The notes below the pieces were generated by a model that did not search any database, was not told where the DNA came from, and worked only from the letters and a program-made list of their open reading frames with translations. From Geosiphon pyriformis uo1 (lineage: Eukaryota; Fungi; Glomeromycota), in NCBI GenBank assembly GCA_016748015.1, contig JAAOMT010000289.1, positions 197,639-261,638 on the forward strand: a DNA stretch of 64,000 nt, read 5' to 3'. Shown piece by piece: positions 1 through 12,399 of this stretch (its first letter is position 1; every line of letters starts with the position of its first letter). The translations under genes and the position numbers were made by a program.

Positions 1-1107
1 AAAATTAGACTTTAACAAAGTTTAAAAAATAAAAAATTTTCTGGTCCTAACCAATTTGTGAGAACTAAAAAAATTTCTGGAATTAACAAAATACTACTGT
101 CAATTTATTAAAAACTTCTTTAATATTGCCAAATTTTTCTATTACTTATTATTAAAATATGTTTTATATATATAGAAAATTAACTAACAAAAAGCTTTTA
201 ACTATCTCAAATAACAACTTATTAAAGCTCCAATCTTAATTTATCTGAACTTTAATAAGCACTCTATTGTAGTTACAAATATCTTAAAAAATACATTAGG
301 AATTATCTTATTATAAATTAGACCAGATAATTAAAAACATTTAATTATATATGCTAATTACAGTATTAACATTACTAAAAAAATATACAGTGCTACTAAT
401 ATAGAATGTTTTACCATTTACTAGACTATATAAAACTAAAGATATTAACTTTGTCAACTATTTGACTTATATACAGATCATAAAAAACTGATTTAGTTAC
501 TTAGTAAACTACAACTCAAAAAAAATATGCAAAATAAAATACTTACTTACAGCAGTTTTTATACAAAGTATATTATAAAGAAAGAGCTAAAAACACCAAT
601 ACCAATAGCTTATTAAAAATAACTTAAATATAATTATAAACTAATAAATACAATTACCTATTAATAATTATATTAATATTTGTTTATACTTTAATTTGAA
701 AAGAAATTATTTCAATAGAAACAAAATGTTATACAAAAACAAATTCAAAACTATTTCTTGTACAATAATTAATTATATTGTTAAGAATACCAAAATTATC
801 TTACACCACAATGAATTATAAAAGATACCAAAAAAACTATCTTGTTTAACATATACTTAAATTTAACAACAAAACACTTTAACAAAAATATTATCTTAGA
901 AAAAACAATTAATCTATATTATTGGCTTACAATATATAAAAATATCTTTAAATACATCTTCAATTGTAATTTTTGTCAAAGAAAAAAAAAAGCCAGAACA
1001 ACAAAATTACTTTGCTTTATTTTAGTTAAAAATTCATTTAATAAAATTGGAATTGATTTGATTAGATCTCTCTCTATTATCTCTAAAAAAAATTGTTATA
1101 TTACTGT
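1..1107 (+). pseudogene. pol: Element A pol remnant (RT end, RNase H, integrase zinc finger and first catalytic D)
   Basis: ORF 842-1135 contains an HHCC remnant (CNFCQR) and the IGIDL motif, with many transition stops. Confidence 0.8.
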
Positions 1108-1895
1108 TATTATAGGTGATTATTTGGGGTCTTAAATCAAATAACAAATCCATAACTTGATGCTCAAAAGCTATTCGCAATGATGGTAATCTGAAGGTAT
1201 TGTTATCTAAAGGTTTTGGTTGAGTTTTTTGTATAATAGACAGAGATTTAATAGTTGTTTATCTATAGCTTCTCAAAATCGCAATTCTGTCAATTTCTTT
1301 TTTCAGCTTGATGGCTGGTACTCTTCTAGTAAGTAATTTGTAATTTCTTTATGTGTTCTACTCACTCGCAAGGATCTTTTATCAAGCAATCCTTGACATC
1401 AATAATTTAGAACTTAATTTCTAATCAATTAGTAAACAACAAAAAGAAAATACAAGAAATAAAGAAAAGATAGGAAAATAAGCCAAGGCAATAAATTTTA
1501 GTATCCCATCAATAGCTGTAATCAAGAGCTATTGTTTCAGTATGGTTAAGTATCAATCACAATCAACATAAAGTATTGATAGTGGAGAGTGGATTGGAGA
1601 TAGTAAATAATTATTTATTTAATATTTGTGGTGTAAAAAGTTGCTTAAATCAAATCTAAACTGAGAAGTCTCCCTTTTTCTACTTCTAATGCTATTGATA
1701 TATATACATAATTGAGATTCCTTAATTCTTTGATTCTTCACACCAGGAATCCTGCAATTCCTTGTATGAGAATCCTGAAATTTCTGGAATTCTGGAATTC
1801 TTTTGAGAGAAATCTTAGAATTCCATATTTACTATGGCTACTTCTGATTGGCTAATTTATATGCTAATATACTTCCTATATTCTATGAGTTAATA
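1108..1895 (-). repeat. 3' LTR of element B
   Basis: Aligns end to end with 22192-22905 and 17685-18532; adjacent PPT (minus strand aaagaggagggaataa). Confidence 0.92.
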
Positions 1896-1915
1896 TTATT
1901 CCCTCCTCTTTAATA

Positions 1916-2541
1916 TTAAGTTCTGTTAAGATCTCCTAATTTTAATTCTCTGTCTTTAAGTATTTTTTGAACTTTTTTTTCAAGAATTACTTGTGCTATT
2001 TTGTTCTGTAATTCTTCAAATTGAGAGCATTGATTATTTTTCCCATTTGGTTAATAGTAATGTAGTTTATTTCTGGATTGGGTAAAATTTCTGGTCGATC
2101 TTGAAATTTGGTATGTAGTCAATAAATAGCTTTTGCTTGTGTGATCAAATTGTTTTTTCCCACAAATTGTTCCAGTTGTTGTAGTATTGTTGTGTCAAAT
2201 AATCATTTTGTTTTATCTGTATACAAGCCCTGAATGTTCAAGTGTTGTCCCAAATAAAAGTAATAAAAGTTTTTTGGAAATTGTTGTATCTACTAATTCC
2301 AAGTTTCTATTGTCAATTCTTGATATTGAATGATCTTTAGTTGTGTTTCTATTGCCAATTTCATTTTTGTGATTATTTTGTTCACAGTGTTTTCTGTTTT
2401 TCTCCATATTTTATCTTATGGTCTTTTTTTGGTGTTTGTGTATCTAATAATTTGTTGATTGATTGTAATTTCCATCTCTTGTTATTGAATTAGTTGAAAA
2501 AGTTGTTGTGCTAGTGAGTGAATACCGTCAGTAATCTCCAT
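1916..2541 (-). pseudogene. Element B extra ORF3 (unknown soluble protein, env position)
   Basis: Reconstructed frame MEITDGIHSLAQQLF...GQHLNIQGLYTDKTK*LFD...AKAIY*LH...ITINQMGK...FEELQNKIAQVILEKKV...NRT*, ending just before the PPT; homologous to 15155-15770. Confidence 0.75.
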
Positions 2542-2609
2542 TTTTCTGTTGTCTTTTGTTATGTATATTATGTCTTTATATACTCCTTTGGTTGTTTGAT
2601 TTTATGTGT

Positions 2610-3960
2610 TTGGTTTAATAATTATAATTGGTTTTAGATCTCGTGAAATCTTATTTGGTTTGATTAGTAATTTTTGTACTTCTAATTGTGGAATATTATT
2701 GGTAGATAATAATGCTATATGGTGATATTGTTTCAGTCAATTACTATGTACTGCTTTGGTTAAGATTTTGTTGTTCAACCTTAATTTATAAGTTTCATTT
2801 CCAAGAATTTCTTCTATGTGAAATGGTCCATCCCATTTGGGGTCAAATTTTCCACTCCATTGTTTTTTTACTTTAATACAATGTAGAAGTACTTTGTCTC
2901 CAATCTTGAATTCAACTGGTTTCTCTGGTAGTTGGTTATTATGTCTTTTTTTTTGTTTTTCTTGTGACTTTTGGATGTTATCAGCTGCTCTTTGCCATGT
3001 GTTTTTTAATGTCTCCATTAAGTTATATGTTTTTCTTAACAATGTTTTTTTAAGATTCTCTTCTGTTATTGGTTCTGTTAGATATGTTTTGACTTCTATC
3101 TTAACTGGTAATGTTGCTGTTCTACTGTATACTAATTTAAATGGTGTTGCTTGTGTAGTGTCTTGCTTTATTGTCCGATAAGCAAATAATACTAATGATA
3201 TAATCAAATTCTATTTGTTCTGGTTTTTTTGGCTGATTTTGGCAATGACTTTACACAATATTCTGTTAAACCTTTCAACTAATCCATTTGTTTGTAGATG
3301 ATATGGTAATGATAATAGTCTTTTTATCCCAAATTTTTGACTTAATTCTGCCAATATTCTATTCACAAAGTAAGTTCTTTGATCTGATAGTAGTTTTTTT
3401 GAACATTTGTGTTGACAGATCAAATCTTAATGAATGAATTTGGCAACAGATTCTGGATCTGCTTTTTGAATGGCTTTTGCTTTTGGCTATTTTGTGAGAT
3501 AATCCATGGCTACTGCAATATATTTGTTGCTTCTGCTGATTATTGTTAATGGTTTAATCAAGTCAATTCCAATGTGATTGAATAGTTGTTCTACTTTGAT
3601 CAGTCTTAATGGTTCACTGGGTTTTGTTCTATCTCTTCTTTGACAAACATCACAATTTTGAACATATTAGATGATGTCTGAATACATTAATGGTTAATAA
3701 TATCTTTTTCTGGTTTTTTTCATGGTTGCTTTTTTATAAAAATATCCTGCTGTTGGATCTGAGTGTATGTTAAATAATATTGTCTCTTTCTCTGGTTCTG
3801 TGATTACTCTGGTTGATTGATCTGGATTTTTTTTGTTTTTCTGGTAAGGTATTTTTTGATGGTTAATAAAATATTTTGATTGTTGTTTTATGTTTTTTTG
3901 TTTTTTTTAAGATAATTTCTTCTTGAAAAATTTGGTATTTATATAATATTAGAGTTGTTA
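2610..3960 (-). pseudogene. Element B integrase
   Basis: IGIDLI, LSDQRTYF, QTNGLVERFN (DDE core) and KWDGPFHIEEILG (GPY/F) in ORFs 3211-3423 and 2737-3207. Confidence 0.92.
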
Positions 3961-3999
3961 ATATTTTTGTATATTCATCTTTTGTTATATTTTTGGGTT

Positions 4000-5543
4000 G
4001 AAATGTTTTTAGATTTGTCTTATTTATAACAATCTATTGGCATTTCTGTTTTCTTTTCCTTTTTTGTAATGTACTGTATAATTAAATGATGAAAATTTTA
4101 TTTTCTATTTGGCATGGCAATTGTCTCTAAATTCTTGCTTCTGGATTGAAGTCAATCCTTTGTGATTAGTGTATACATTAAACTTTTGACTCAAGTATTT
4201 TTTTTATTTGATGACAGTCTAATAGATAGCTAAATGTTTCAGTACTGGAGTTCCATAGTTCTTTTCAGCTGGACTTAAGCTTCTATTAGCATAAGCTACT
4301 AAATATTCTTGTCTGTCTGGTTTTTTTTGAGATAATACTGCTCCTAATGCTTGACCTAATACATTGGTGGTAATAATAAATGGTTTGCTGTGGTCTGGAT
4401 AGATTAATACTAAGGCTTGAATAAGCTTTCTTCTTAATACATCAAAAGCTTCTTGTTAAGTTTCTGTCTATTTATATTTGATGTTCTTTGTTTGGAGTTG
4501 GTGTAGTGGTTAAGCTATTTTGAAAAAGTCTTTAATAAAGTAATAGTAGTAATCAGCAAATCCCAAGAATGCTTTTAATTCTGTGAAATTGTTTGGTACT
4601 GGAAAGTTCTTAACAATTTCGATCTTATCTGAATCTGTTTTGATACTGTTTTTGCTTACAATATGTCCTAAAAACTTGAGTTCTATTTTGCCAAAGAAGT
4701 ATTTGTTTGCATTTAATTTCAATCCTGTTTATTTGAGTCTTTCAAATACTTGTTGGAGATGATGCAGATGATCATCAAATATTTTTGAGAACACATTGGT
4801 GTTGTTTAAGTATATGACTACTGATTTCCATAGTAGTTTAGTATAGACAATTTCTATCAGCCATTGAAATATGGCTGGAGTATTTATCAAGCTAAATGGC
4901 ATTACTTTAAATTCAAAGTTTTTCTCCTGAGTTGTAAAAGCTGTTTTTCCCTTGTCTTATGGTTTCATGGCTACTTGCCAATAACTACTGTTTAAGTCTA
5001 AAGTTGAGAACTATTTCTTTCCTCTAAAAGCCTCAAATAGTTTTTGAATTTTTGGAGTTGGGTAGCTATCACTTTTGGTTACTCCATTCAGTTTCCAGTA
5101 ATCTACACAAAAGTGGATTTTCCCATTTTTCTTATGGATTAGTACCACTGATGATAACCATGGGCTCATTAATGGCTGAATTAGCTTGTTGTCAAGCATC
5201 CAATTGATTTCTTGATGAATGATTTCATGGCTGGCTGGTGGTATCTTATATGCTCTTTGTTTGATTGGCATTGTATCTTCAGTCTTGATCTGGTGCTGAA
5301 TTATGTCAGTTCTGCCAAATTTATTTTCGCTGACAAAAATATCATTAAAGTTGTTAAGTAACATCTTGAGTTGCATTTGTTGAAGTGGGTTCAAGTTTCC
5401 CAAGTTTATTTGTTCCAACTGTTCTGGCTAGAGCAGATAACATTTTTCTCATCCATATATTGTTTAAGATGTGATATCTACATATCTGCACAATTGTAGA
5501 AAATCTGGAATGGTGTTTGGCAATTGGTCCTCAATTTTGGTGG
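4000..5543 (-). pseudogene. Element B reverse transcriptase and RNase H
   Basis: PIKQRAYK...SPWLSSVVL..KKNGKIHFCVDY (5011-5418), K..FLGHIVSKNSIKTD (4510-4722) and RNase H FIITTNVLG..LGAVLSQ. Confidence 0.92.
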
Positions 5544-6420
5544 TGTTACTTATAAAAAAAAACAGATATAGAAAAATAGTAGACCAATAAGAGAGTAGTA
5601 GTTAGCATGTAAGCACATTGCTCAGCAATGTGGAGCAAAATCAGAAATTATGACATATCAATTAGCAATGTGGAACAATGTCAAGAAAATATGGCACATT
5701 TTTTAACAATGTGAGCATTGCTTGAGAAATTATAGCACATCACTTGAGAATGTAAGCAATCTTGTAAAACCCAAATTATGTATATATAGTGATAATATTA
5801 GAAGTAAAAAAAAGAGACCTCTTAGTTTAGATTTCATCTAAGCAACCTTCCAATTCATGAATATCAATAAATAATTATTTTTTATCTCAAATCCACTCTT
5901 CACTATCAACACTTTATGTTAATAGTAATTGATACTTAACCATGCTGAAACAATAGCTCTTGATTATGGCTATTAATGGGATACTAACTTGCAATTGCTT
6001 TTGTTTATTTTATTTTATTTTATTTTATTTTCTTCTATTTCTTTGTTTTACTAATTGATTGAGGATTAAGCACTGAGTTATTGACATCAAGAATAGTCTG
6101 GTAAAAGACCCCAAAGGAAGAGTATAGAATTTATATATATATACAGATAGCTTACCAGAAGGGCATCTCTGCCAGATTACCAGCCACCATGCTGAGAAAA
6201 AAATTTGATGAAATTGCAATTCCGGAAGGCTACTAGAAAGACAACAATTAAATCTCTGTCCATTATACAAAAAACTCAATAACAAAATCTTCAGATAAAC
6301 TACACCGTCAAATAATAATAAATGTATCAATATTACCAATATCATCTACCAAATTAGTCACTGAATACCAAGTTATGGATTTGTTATTTGATTTAAGACC
6401 CCAAATAATTACCTGTAATA
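5544..6420 (+). repeat. 5' LTR of element C, with U3 array of palindromic CACATTGCTCAGCAATGTG-type units (~5605-5765)
   Basis: Direct repeat of 15791-16658; TATA-like tatgtatatatag at ~5777. Confidence 0.93.
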
Positions 6421-6422
6421 TT

Positions 6423-6439
6423 TGGTGCTCTCTGTAAGG
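6423..6439 (+). promoter_or_regulatory. Primer-binding site (consensus TGGTGCTCCCTGTGAGG)
   Basis: TGG starts 2 nt after the LTR end. The same sequence occurs at 22173-22189 (-), 51157-51173 and 60095-60111, and is complementary to a tRNA 3' end ...CCUCACAGGGAGCACCA. Confidence 0.85.
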
Positions 6440-6449
6440 TATAATCCTA

Positions 6450-9400
6450 CAGAGAATCAACACCAACAACAATCATCTAAAAGTGGCAGAATCAGAAAAC
6501 ATAGGAGCAAACCATTTAGGATTTACTAAATCTTTGTTTTAACAGTACGGCCAACAATTAGGACTAAACAATAACCACTTTCCAGCAGAATCCACCTTTA
6601 ATTTTTACATCAATGATAAAATTACAGACTGTTTAGGAGGAACAGTTAACATTGAATCTGCAAGAAAAAATTTCTATACAGAATTATTTCATCATACCAG
6701 CTTACCAAAAAACTACAGTTTCATACCAATTATTAGGAAAATCAATCAAACCATTAAAAAATATACACAACAACAATTTCCCATTACCTATGTAGACAAA
6801 GGCAAAAGAAGGTTGTGAACACCAGCAGTAACACCAAAACAAATACAACTACCTACTTAGAAGAAAACCAGAGTTGAATCACCAACCAATCCATTATACT
6901 ATTATATACCAGAAAGTGCCATCAACATCTCATCAACAGGTGTGTCCACATCACACATGGCATTAACATTTGGCCAACTCCTATTTCAAAATAAACAAAA
7001 AAAAGCAGAGTTATTAGAAACTTATGGCGACTACTTTGAGGGATTTAAATCACAATCCCCAATGCCATCAGGATTCCGATTACCATCACCTTAACCAAAT
7101 TTTGGAAATGCAAATCTCTAAAAGATAACAGAATCAGAAGAAGAAGAAAAAAAAGAAGCAGAAAATCAAGAATTTACTTACCAGAACCCAATTCTAGAGA
7201 ACCCAAATATTAAAACCCCAAACTTTTAGACTCAACAAGATCCAAAGTTAGAAAATCCAGAAATTGAAACTCCAAACTTTCAAACTCCTCAAAATTTGAA
7301 CAATACAAACTCCGAAACAATTAATCAGCAAAACTTACTCCCAGTAATCATCATTGATCAACCACCAATTGTACCAATATTAAGACCAATTCCACAGCTG
7401 CCTCTTCAGCAACCTATTCAACCACTGCTTCAACAACTCCAACAGCTGTTTCAACACAACAACAACTGCAACTACCACAACAACAACAACAACAACTGAA
7501 CTTAGATCCAATGGCCTACACTTTAATAGTGAAACTAGAGAAGTTTACAAGTAAAGAAAACGACACTCAAATATGGCTCAACAATGTTGAAAAGGCCATC
7601 ATGGCCAATGGATAGAATGATGTGAGAGTCCTCCAAGCCATCTCTTATTTTCTCCAAGATACTACCAATTCATGATATCAAAGCCTAGCCAACAAACTCC
7701 AAAATTTCAATGCATTCAAGCTTACATTTCTATAATACTTTAGTAATAATAATAGCATTAATCAATTGGCAAACACTTTTACCACTATTAAGCAAGAAGA
7801 AAATGAAGCAGTCACTACATACTTAGGATGCTTTCACAAAAATCTGTACCAAATACAAGCAATCCAAGCTGATTATTTCACAGCACCACAAATTCTAAAT
7901 TAGTTCATCAGAGGTCTGCACAGTAGCATCCTCCAATACATATGTCCAATGCACCCAGTAGACCTTCAAGCCATAGTTACTAATGCCAGAAATTTTGAAG
8001 CAGCCAAACTTGAAGCTAACTATGCCCAAGCTGTAAATCTATTAATGAATGGATCATCTAAATTGGATTCCAAATTGAAACAATTTAGTGATTCCATTAA
8101 CTAGAAGCTTGAAGGATACTTAGCTGACAATTGCGCAATTTATCAACCACTTTAACAACGTAATAATTTAAGAATCACAAATCACTCACAAAATCAGTTA
8201 CATTCCTCATCATTATTCAATCAGCCATGGCAGCAAGAAATACATATCTGTCACTACTGTGGTAAACAAGGACATTTGAGAATCAATTGTCAGTCAAGAA
8301 TAGAAAACCAATGATTGGAAAATCAATATCAAAACTCTGATTGCTGGTGTTATCAGACAAAATTAGAGATATTATTTAGCATGAAATTATCTTTATAATT
8401 TCTATTATTAATTAGCATATATTATTGTTTCAAATTATCATTTATTATATTAGCAAAATGTCCGAAATTATCATTTAATTAATAACCTAATTTGTACATA
8501 ACACAAATGTAACTTAATTGCAATGATCAATCATGCAATACTCCAAACTATGTAACATTCAAAAAGTTCACTGAAATTTGTAGAAATTTGCCAAAATAAT
8601 TGATAGTTCACCAAAATATCTAATAGTTCACAGAAATAACTTGTAGTTTGCTGAAATGTATCTTTAATTCAGCAAAATTGTAGAAAATAGCAAAGTTCAA
8701 ATTCATAAAATAGTGTTATGACAAGTTGTATAAAAGAAGAGCTTCTCTTTTCAAGAAAAGGTATCTTACTTCAGATTTAACAATTAGAATCATTCTTTAC
8801 ACACAAAGACAAAATAAAAATATCAAATAATTTGAAAAGCCAAATTCTTAGTTATTCTCTTGAAATTAACTAATTTCTACTAACAGTTTGAAATTAACTA
8901 GCTACCAATTTTAGTAAACTGTTAAAATACGTTCAGGCCTAGATCCGAAACGACTTCCATAAATCAGTTTTTACTTTTTTTTTACATTTCTTTTATTTTC
9001 TTTCTTTTCTCATTATAAATCAATTGGGTAGCCTACAGACGAGAATTCCTGTAAAAGAGTTGACTTTTATAGTAAAGTAACTACACATTTTAGTAAGCTT
9101 TTAGATGAGCATTTTCTGGAAAAGAGTTGACATTTACTACAATGTAACTACATAAAATAACTGGTAAGGAATTGGCCATTCTACTTATAAGCCCAGCAGT
9201 TCAAATTATAGGAGATAATTTGAAGATAAATTCAGTTATTGGAGGTTCAAACACTTCCCATAGTCATGAATTAACAGCATTACAACAAACATATAAGAGC
9301 TAAGAAGAGACCAAAAACTTCCAGTAATACTGGTTTCCAACTCCGAGTTACCAATCCAATCCAGCATCATATCAACCAACTTACTGCCAATGATGCAACA

Positions 9401-9800
9401 ACCAATATATCAACTATTTGTATATCAATTTCCAGTTTATCAACCATAGACACTGATAATATATCAACTACTGCAGTCACAAATAATTTATCAGACACCC
9501 ACAGTTCAAACACTGCTATCAAATCCAGCTCAAATAACATCAAAAAACCCTATATTGAGAGTCATCCAAAACTGGAGATTGGCAATAGTTGTTCACCAAC
9601 CAATTCCCAGTTTATCCAACCAGAGTTCAGGAACCAAATATACTCAAAACCTGAGTTTCCAGAACTATTTAAGTCTCCTGGTTACTCCAGAAGATGCCCA
9701 ACCCAATAATTTGGAAACCAATTAACAAACAACACTTACCAGCAACATTCCACCAGCTATCATCACCAAGAACAAATTACTGGATGCTATTTTTCCATTT
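6450..9800 (+). pseudogene. gag: Element C leader ORF plus Gag (capsid start MAYTLIVKLEKF at 7511; CCHC knuckle CHYCGKQGHLRINC at ~8248-8290)
   Basis: Retrotransposon capsid pattern KLEKF...WLN.VEKAI.ANG*ND...AI.YFLQD...S*YQSL and a zinc knuckle; interrupted by solo LTR 8348-9329. Confidence 0.85.
8348..9329 (+). mobile_element. Solo LTR D1 (family with no internal body in this window)
   Basis: TGTTAT...GTAATA ends; 4-bp TSD CTGG (8344-8347/9330-9333); near-identical to 58502-59462. Confidence 0.9.
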
Positions 9801-9821
9801 GAACTCGAAGAACTGTTAGCC

Positions 9822-10260
9822 ATGTCATTATTTAGTGGAGCTGCTCTTGAAGAAAAACTCATTACCACCATATACACTGATACCAAAGTTGATGGCCACT
9901 CAATCAAACTAATCTTAGACAGTGGATTAGCCGGCAGCATCATCACAAGACAACTCATAGACCAATTAGGTCACCGAATTAATCGAGCTGTCAGTGCCAG
10001 AATTATAACAGCCGATGGAGTGACCAAAACTTTAATTAGTGAGATTAACAATCCACCCATTGAAATTAACAGCATCATAGTACCTATCAAAGTTCTAGTA
10101 ATGGAAGCAACACAGTACTAAGCACTAGTTAGTAACAACTGACTAGTCAAAACAAACACCATACTAGACTGAAACATGCAGGAGCTTCAACTTAGCCAGA
10201 ATGGTCAACACACCTGCATACCAGTCACATGTGGTTATTTCAAAACTACCAACATGCCAA
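9822..10260 (+). pseudogene. Element C aspartic protease
   Basis: IKLILDSGLAGSII (DSG at 9918-9926), flap IITADG, and ALV.NNWL region. Confidence 0.9.
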
Positions 10261-10569
10261 CACCACTCATCAAGTTCAAGGAAGAAGAAAATAAACCTAC
10301 CTGCGAAGTGTACCAAGTCTCATGGGCTGACAAAGACCACAATGAATTATCACTAGTACTCTCATCGGACAACAATGGGAAAGGAAAGAAAAAAGAAAAA
10401 TTTATCTGAAATTCCAACCAAGCCTGGAGAACCAATGACAACCAAGAAGAGCTAATAAATTGAGAATGGGAAGAAAAGACAAAAGAAAAAGGAAAAGAGA
10501 AGGTAGAAAGATCAATATTCATCAGCACCACCACTTATAATTCCTATACTATACTACAGCAATCTGCTT

Positions 10570-11380
10570 ATTGCTGTCCAAAACTGATATGTGTTGATTG
10601 CAGCAAGAAATTGTCATCAATAGATGCTTACTGTGGCAATGATAAGAAATACCAGATGGCAACCAAGTTCTACTGTCGCTTATGTGTTATAAAACATTTC
10701 AAAAGACCAAAATGAGTAGAAAAATGAGATAATAAGCTGTGCTTGGCTTGTGAGGAAACTTTCCTTGACAAAAAAATATGGAATGACATTCCTGGGAGGG
10801 GGAGAACATGCAACAAATCATGTTAATACATGAGTCTCATAAGTGACTGGATAAGAAAAAAAACACCTATAGACACTACCTGGAGACATGCAGTCAAACA
10901 ATTGGATGAATGTCCACACAATAACAACAAAATCTGGCAAATGGCACTTGCCAAAATTGAAGGAGCATCACCAGAAGAAATAAAAACAATTAAAAATAAT
11001 CCATCTGAATTCATAAAACTTAACTGGGACCCAGAACCAATCATAAATCTACTAGATCCAGAACAATTCTATGAACACTATCAGGAATTAGCACCCACTA
11101 GAGAGAAACAAGAGCAACAGTTGAAAAAAATCAACACTCAATTATATGACTATTGTTTAATTTTCTGTGACTTTCAATATTGTAATGAGTGTGACCTCAT
11201 TTACAATCCACCACCATGCATGATTTATATAATCCCAGAAGAAGATAAACTAATAAGCAGCTGTGTATCAGAATCGAAATCAATTTTTAATCTTGATTCA
11301 AACTCTGACAACAATGATAATGAGAATAATAGTTCTAGCTCCATTCAAAATAGCAACAAAAAAATCAATGATTCAGACTT
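10570..11380 (+). pseudogene. Element C Cys-rich/zinc-finger-like pol insert with acidic N/D/S linker
   Basis: CVDC..., YCRLC, CLACE, CNKSC, a helical segment, then (C)DYCLIFCDFQYCNECD; conserved in B, H and K. Confidence 0.75.
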
Positions 11381-11439
11381 TGATCAAACCCCGAAATATA
11401 CATTGCACTTCTTGATCTCTCCAAAAAGCAGGAACTTAA

Positions 11440-11873
11440 ATGATATAGTGACAATAATGAGGGTATTATGCCAGAACACATGCATAATACTGATGCAGAG
11501 TTTGATCTGAGATATTTAGAGAAGAATGCTATCATATTGGAACCACATTTTCACATCTGTATTAATCTTAAGATAGCACTGAAAATTTTAGCAACAACAA
11601 TGATTTAGTTAGCATTTAGGAATAGCTTAGTGAAAAAGGGAATCAACATCAGAGGAGGAATAATTAACACAGGATATGTAGAAAATATCATTATTATGCT
11701 ACAAAATAATTCAAAAAAGACATATATTATAGAGCCAAATAAAAAAATAGCACAGGCAATATTTCTATCTCTGGTGAAAATAGCTCAGTTAGTGTTAATG
11801 GGAAGCAGGGAAGAACTAGAAATCACAGCTAGAGGGATACAGAGATTTAGTTCAACAGGTAGAATAAATATAC
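11440..11873 (+). pseudogene. dut: Element C dUTPase domain between protease and RT
   Basis: All five trimeric dUTPase motifs recognisable across C and B: D(A/T)(G/E)FDL, (S/F)RNSL, GGII(D/N)T(G/E)YVENI, KKIAQAIF, RGIQ(G/R)F(G/S)S. Confidence 0.92.
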
Positions 11874-12399
11874 CAGTTAATATGGTGGAAAAAAAAGTTA
11901 TTGACAAAGGAGAAATTATCTCAACCTGTCAATTAATTTCCATTCTATTATATGACTAGTATATGTTAGCCATAAAAAAAGAAGTAAAGAATCAAGTTCA
12001 GTTGTTTGAAGCAGAAGCCATCATTTGTGAATCAGAAAAGATTGGACTCACTAATCTTTACATATCAGCCAAAAACCCCAAAAATATCAAAATTCCCATC
12101 CATAACACAACTGAAAATGTTATTAAGATACCAAAAAGAACCACTATTGAATACTTAACTACTGAAGTTGAGGATCAACTACCAAACTACATTCCAGATT
12201 TTCCACAGCTTTGTGGATATGTGGATATCACATCACAAATCATTTATGAATAAAGCAAATGTTATCTGCTCCAACTGAAACAATTGGAACAGATAAATTT
12301 GGGAAATTTAGACCCACTTTAATGGATGCAACTCAAGATATTACTCAACAATTTCAACAACATTTTTGCCAGTAAAAATGAATTTGGCAGAACTAACAT

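Noticed and set aside
6025-6345. Antisense and hydrophobic ORFs in the ORF track (e.g. 2837-3181, 6025-6345, 10235-10534, 24023-24280, 26852-27280, 62945-63250)
   Set aside because: These are shadow frames of A-rich retroelement coding strands or LTRs, are not preserved between homologous copies, and contain no recognisable domains.
6423-6439. tRNA gene
   Set aside because: Only ~17 nt complementary to a tRNA 3' end are present, at the PBS position, with no cloverleaf.
7296-7499. Poly-Q/poly-N ORF as a host gene
   Set aside because: It is part of the low-complexity CAA-repeat linker just upstream of the Gag capsid start; the poly-N comes from a frameshift.
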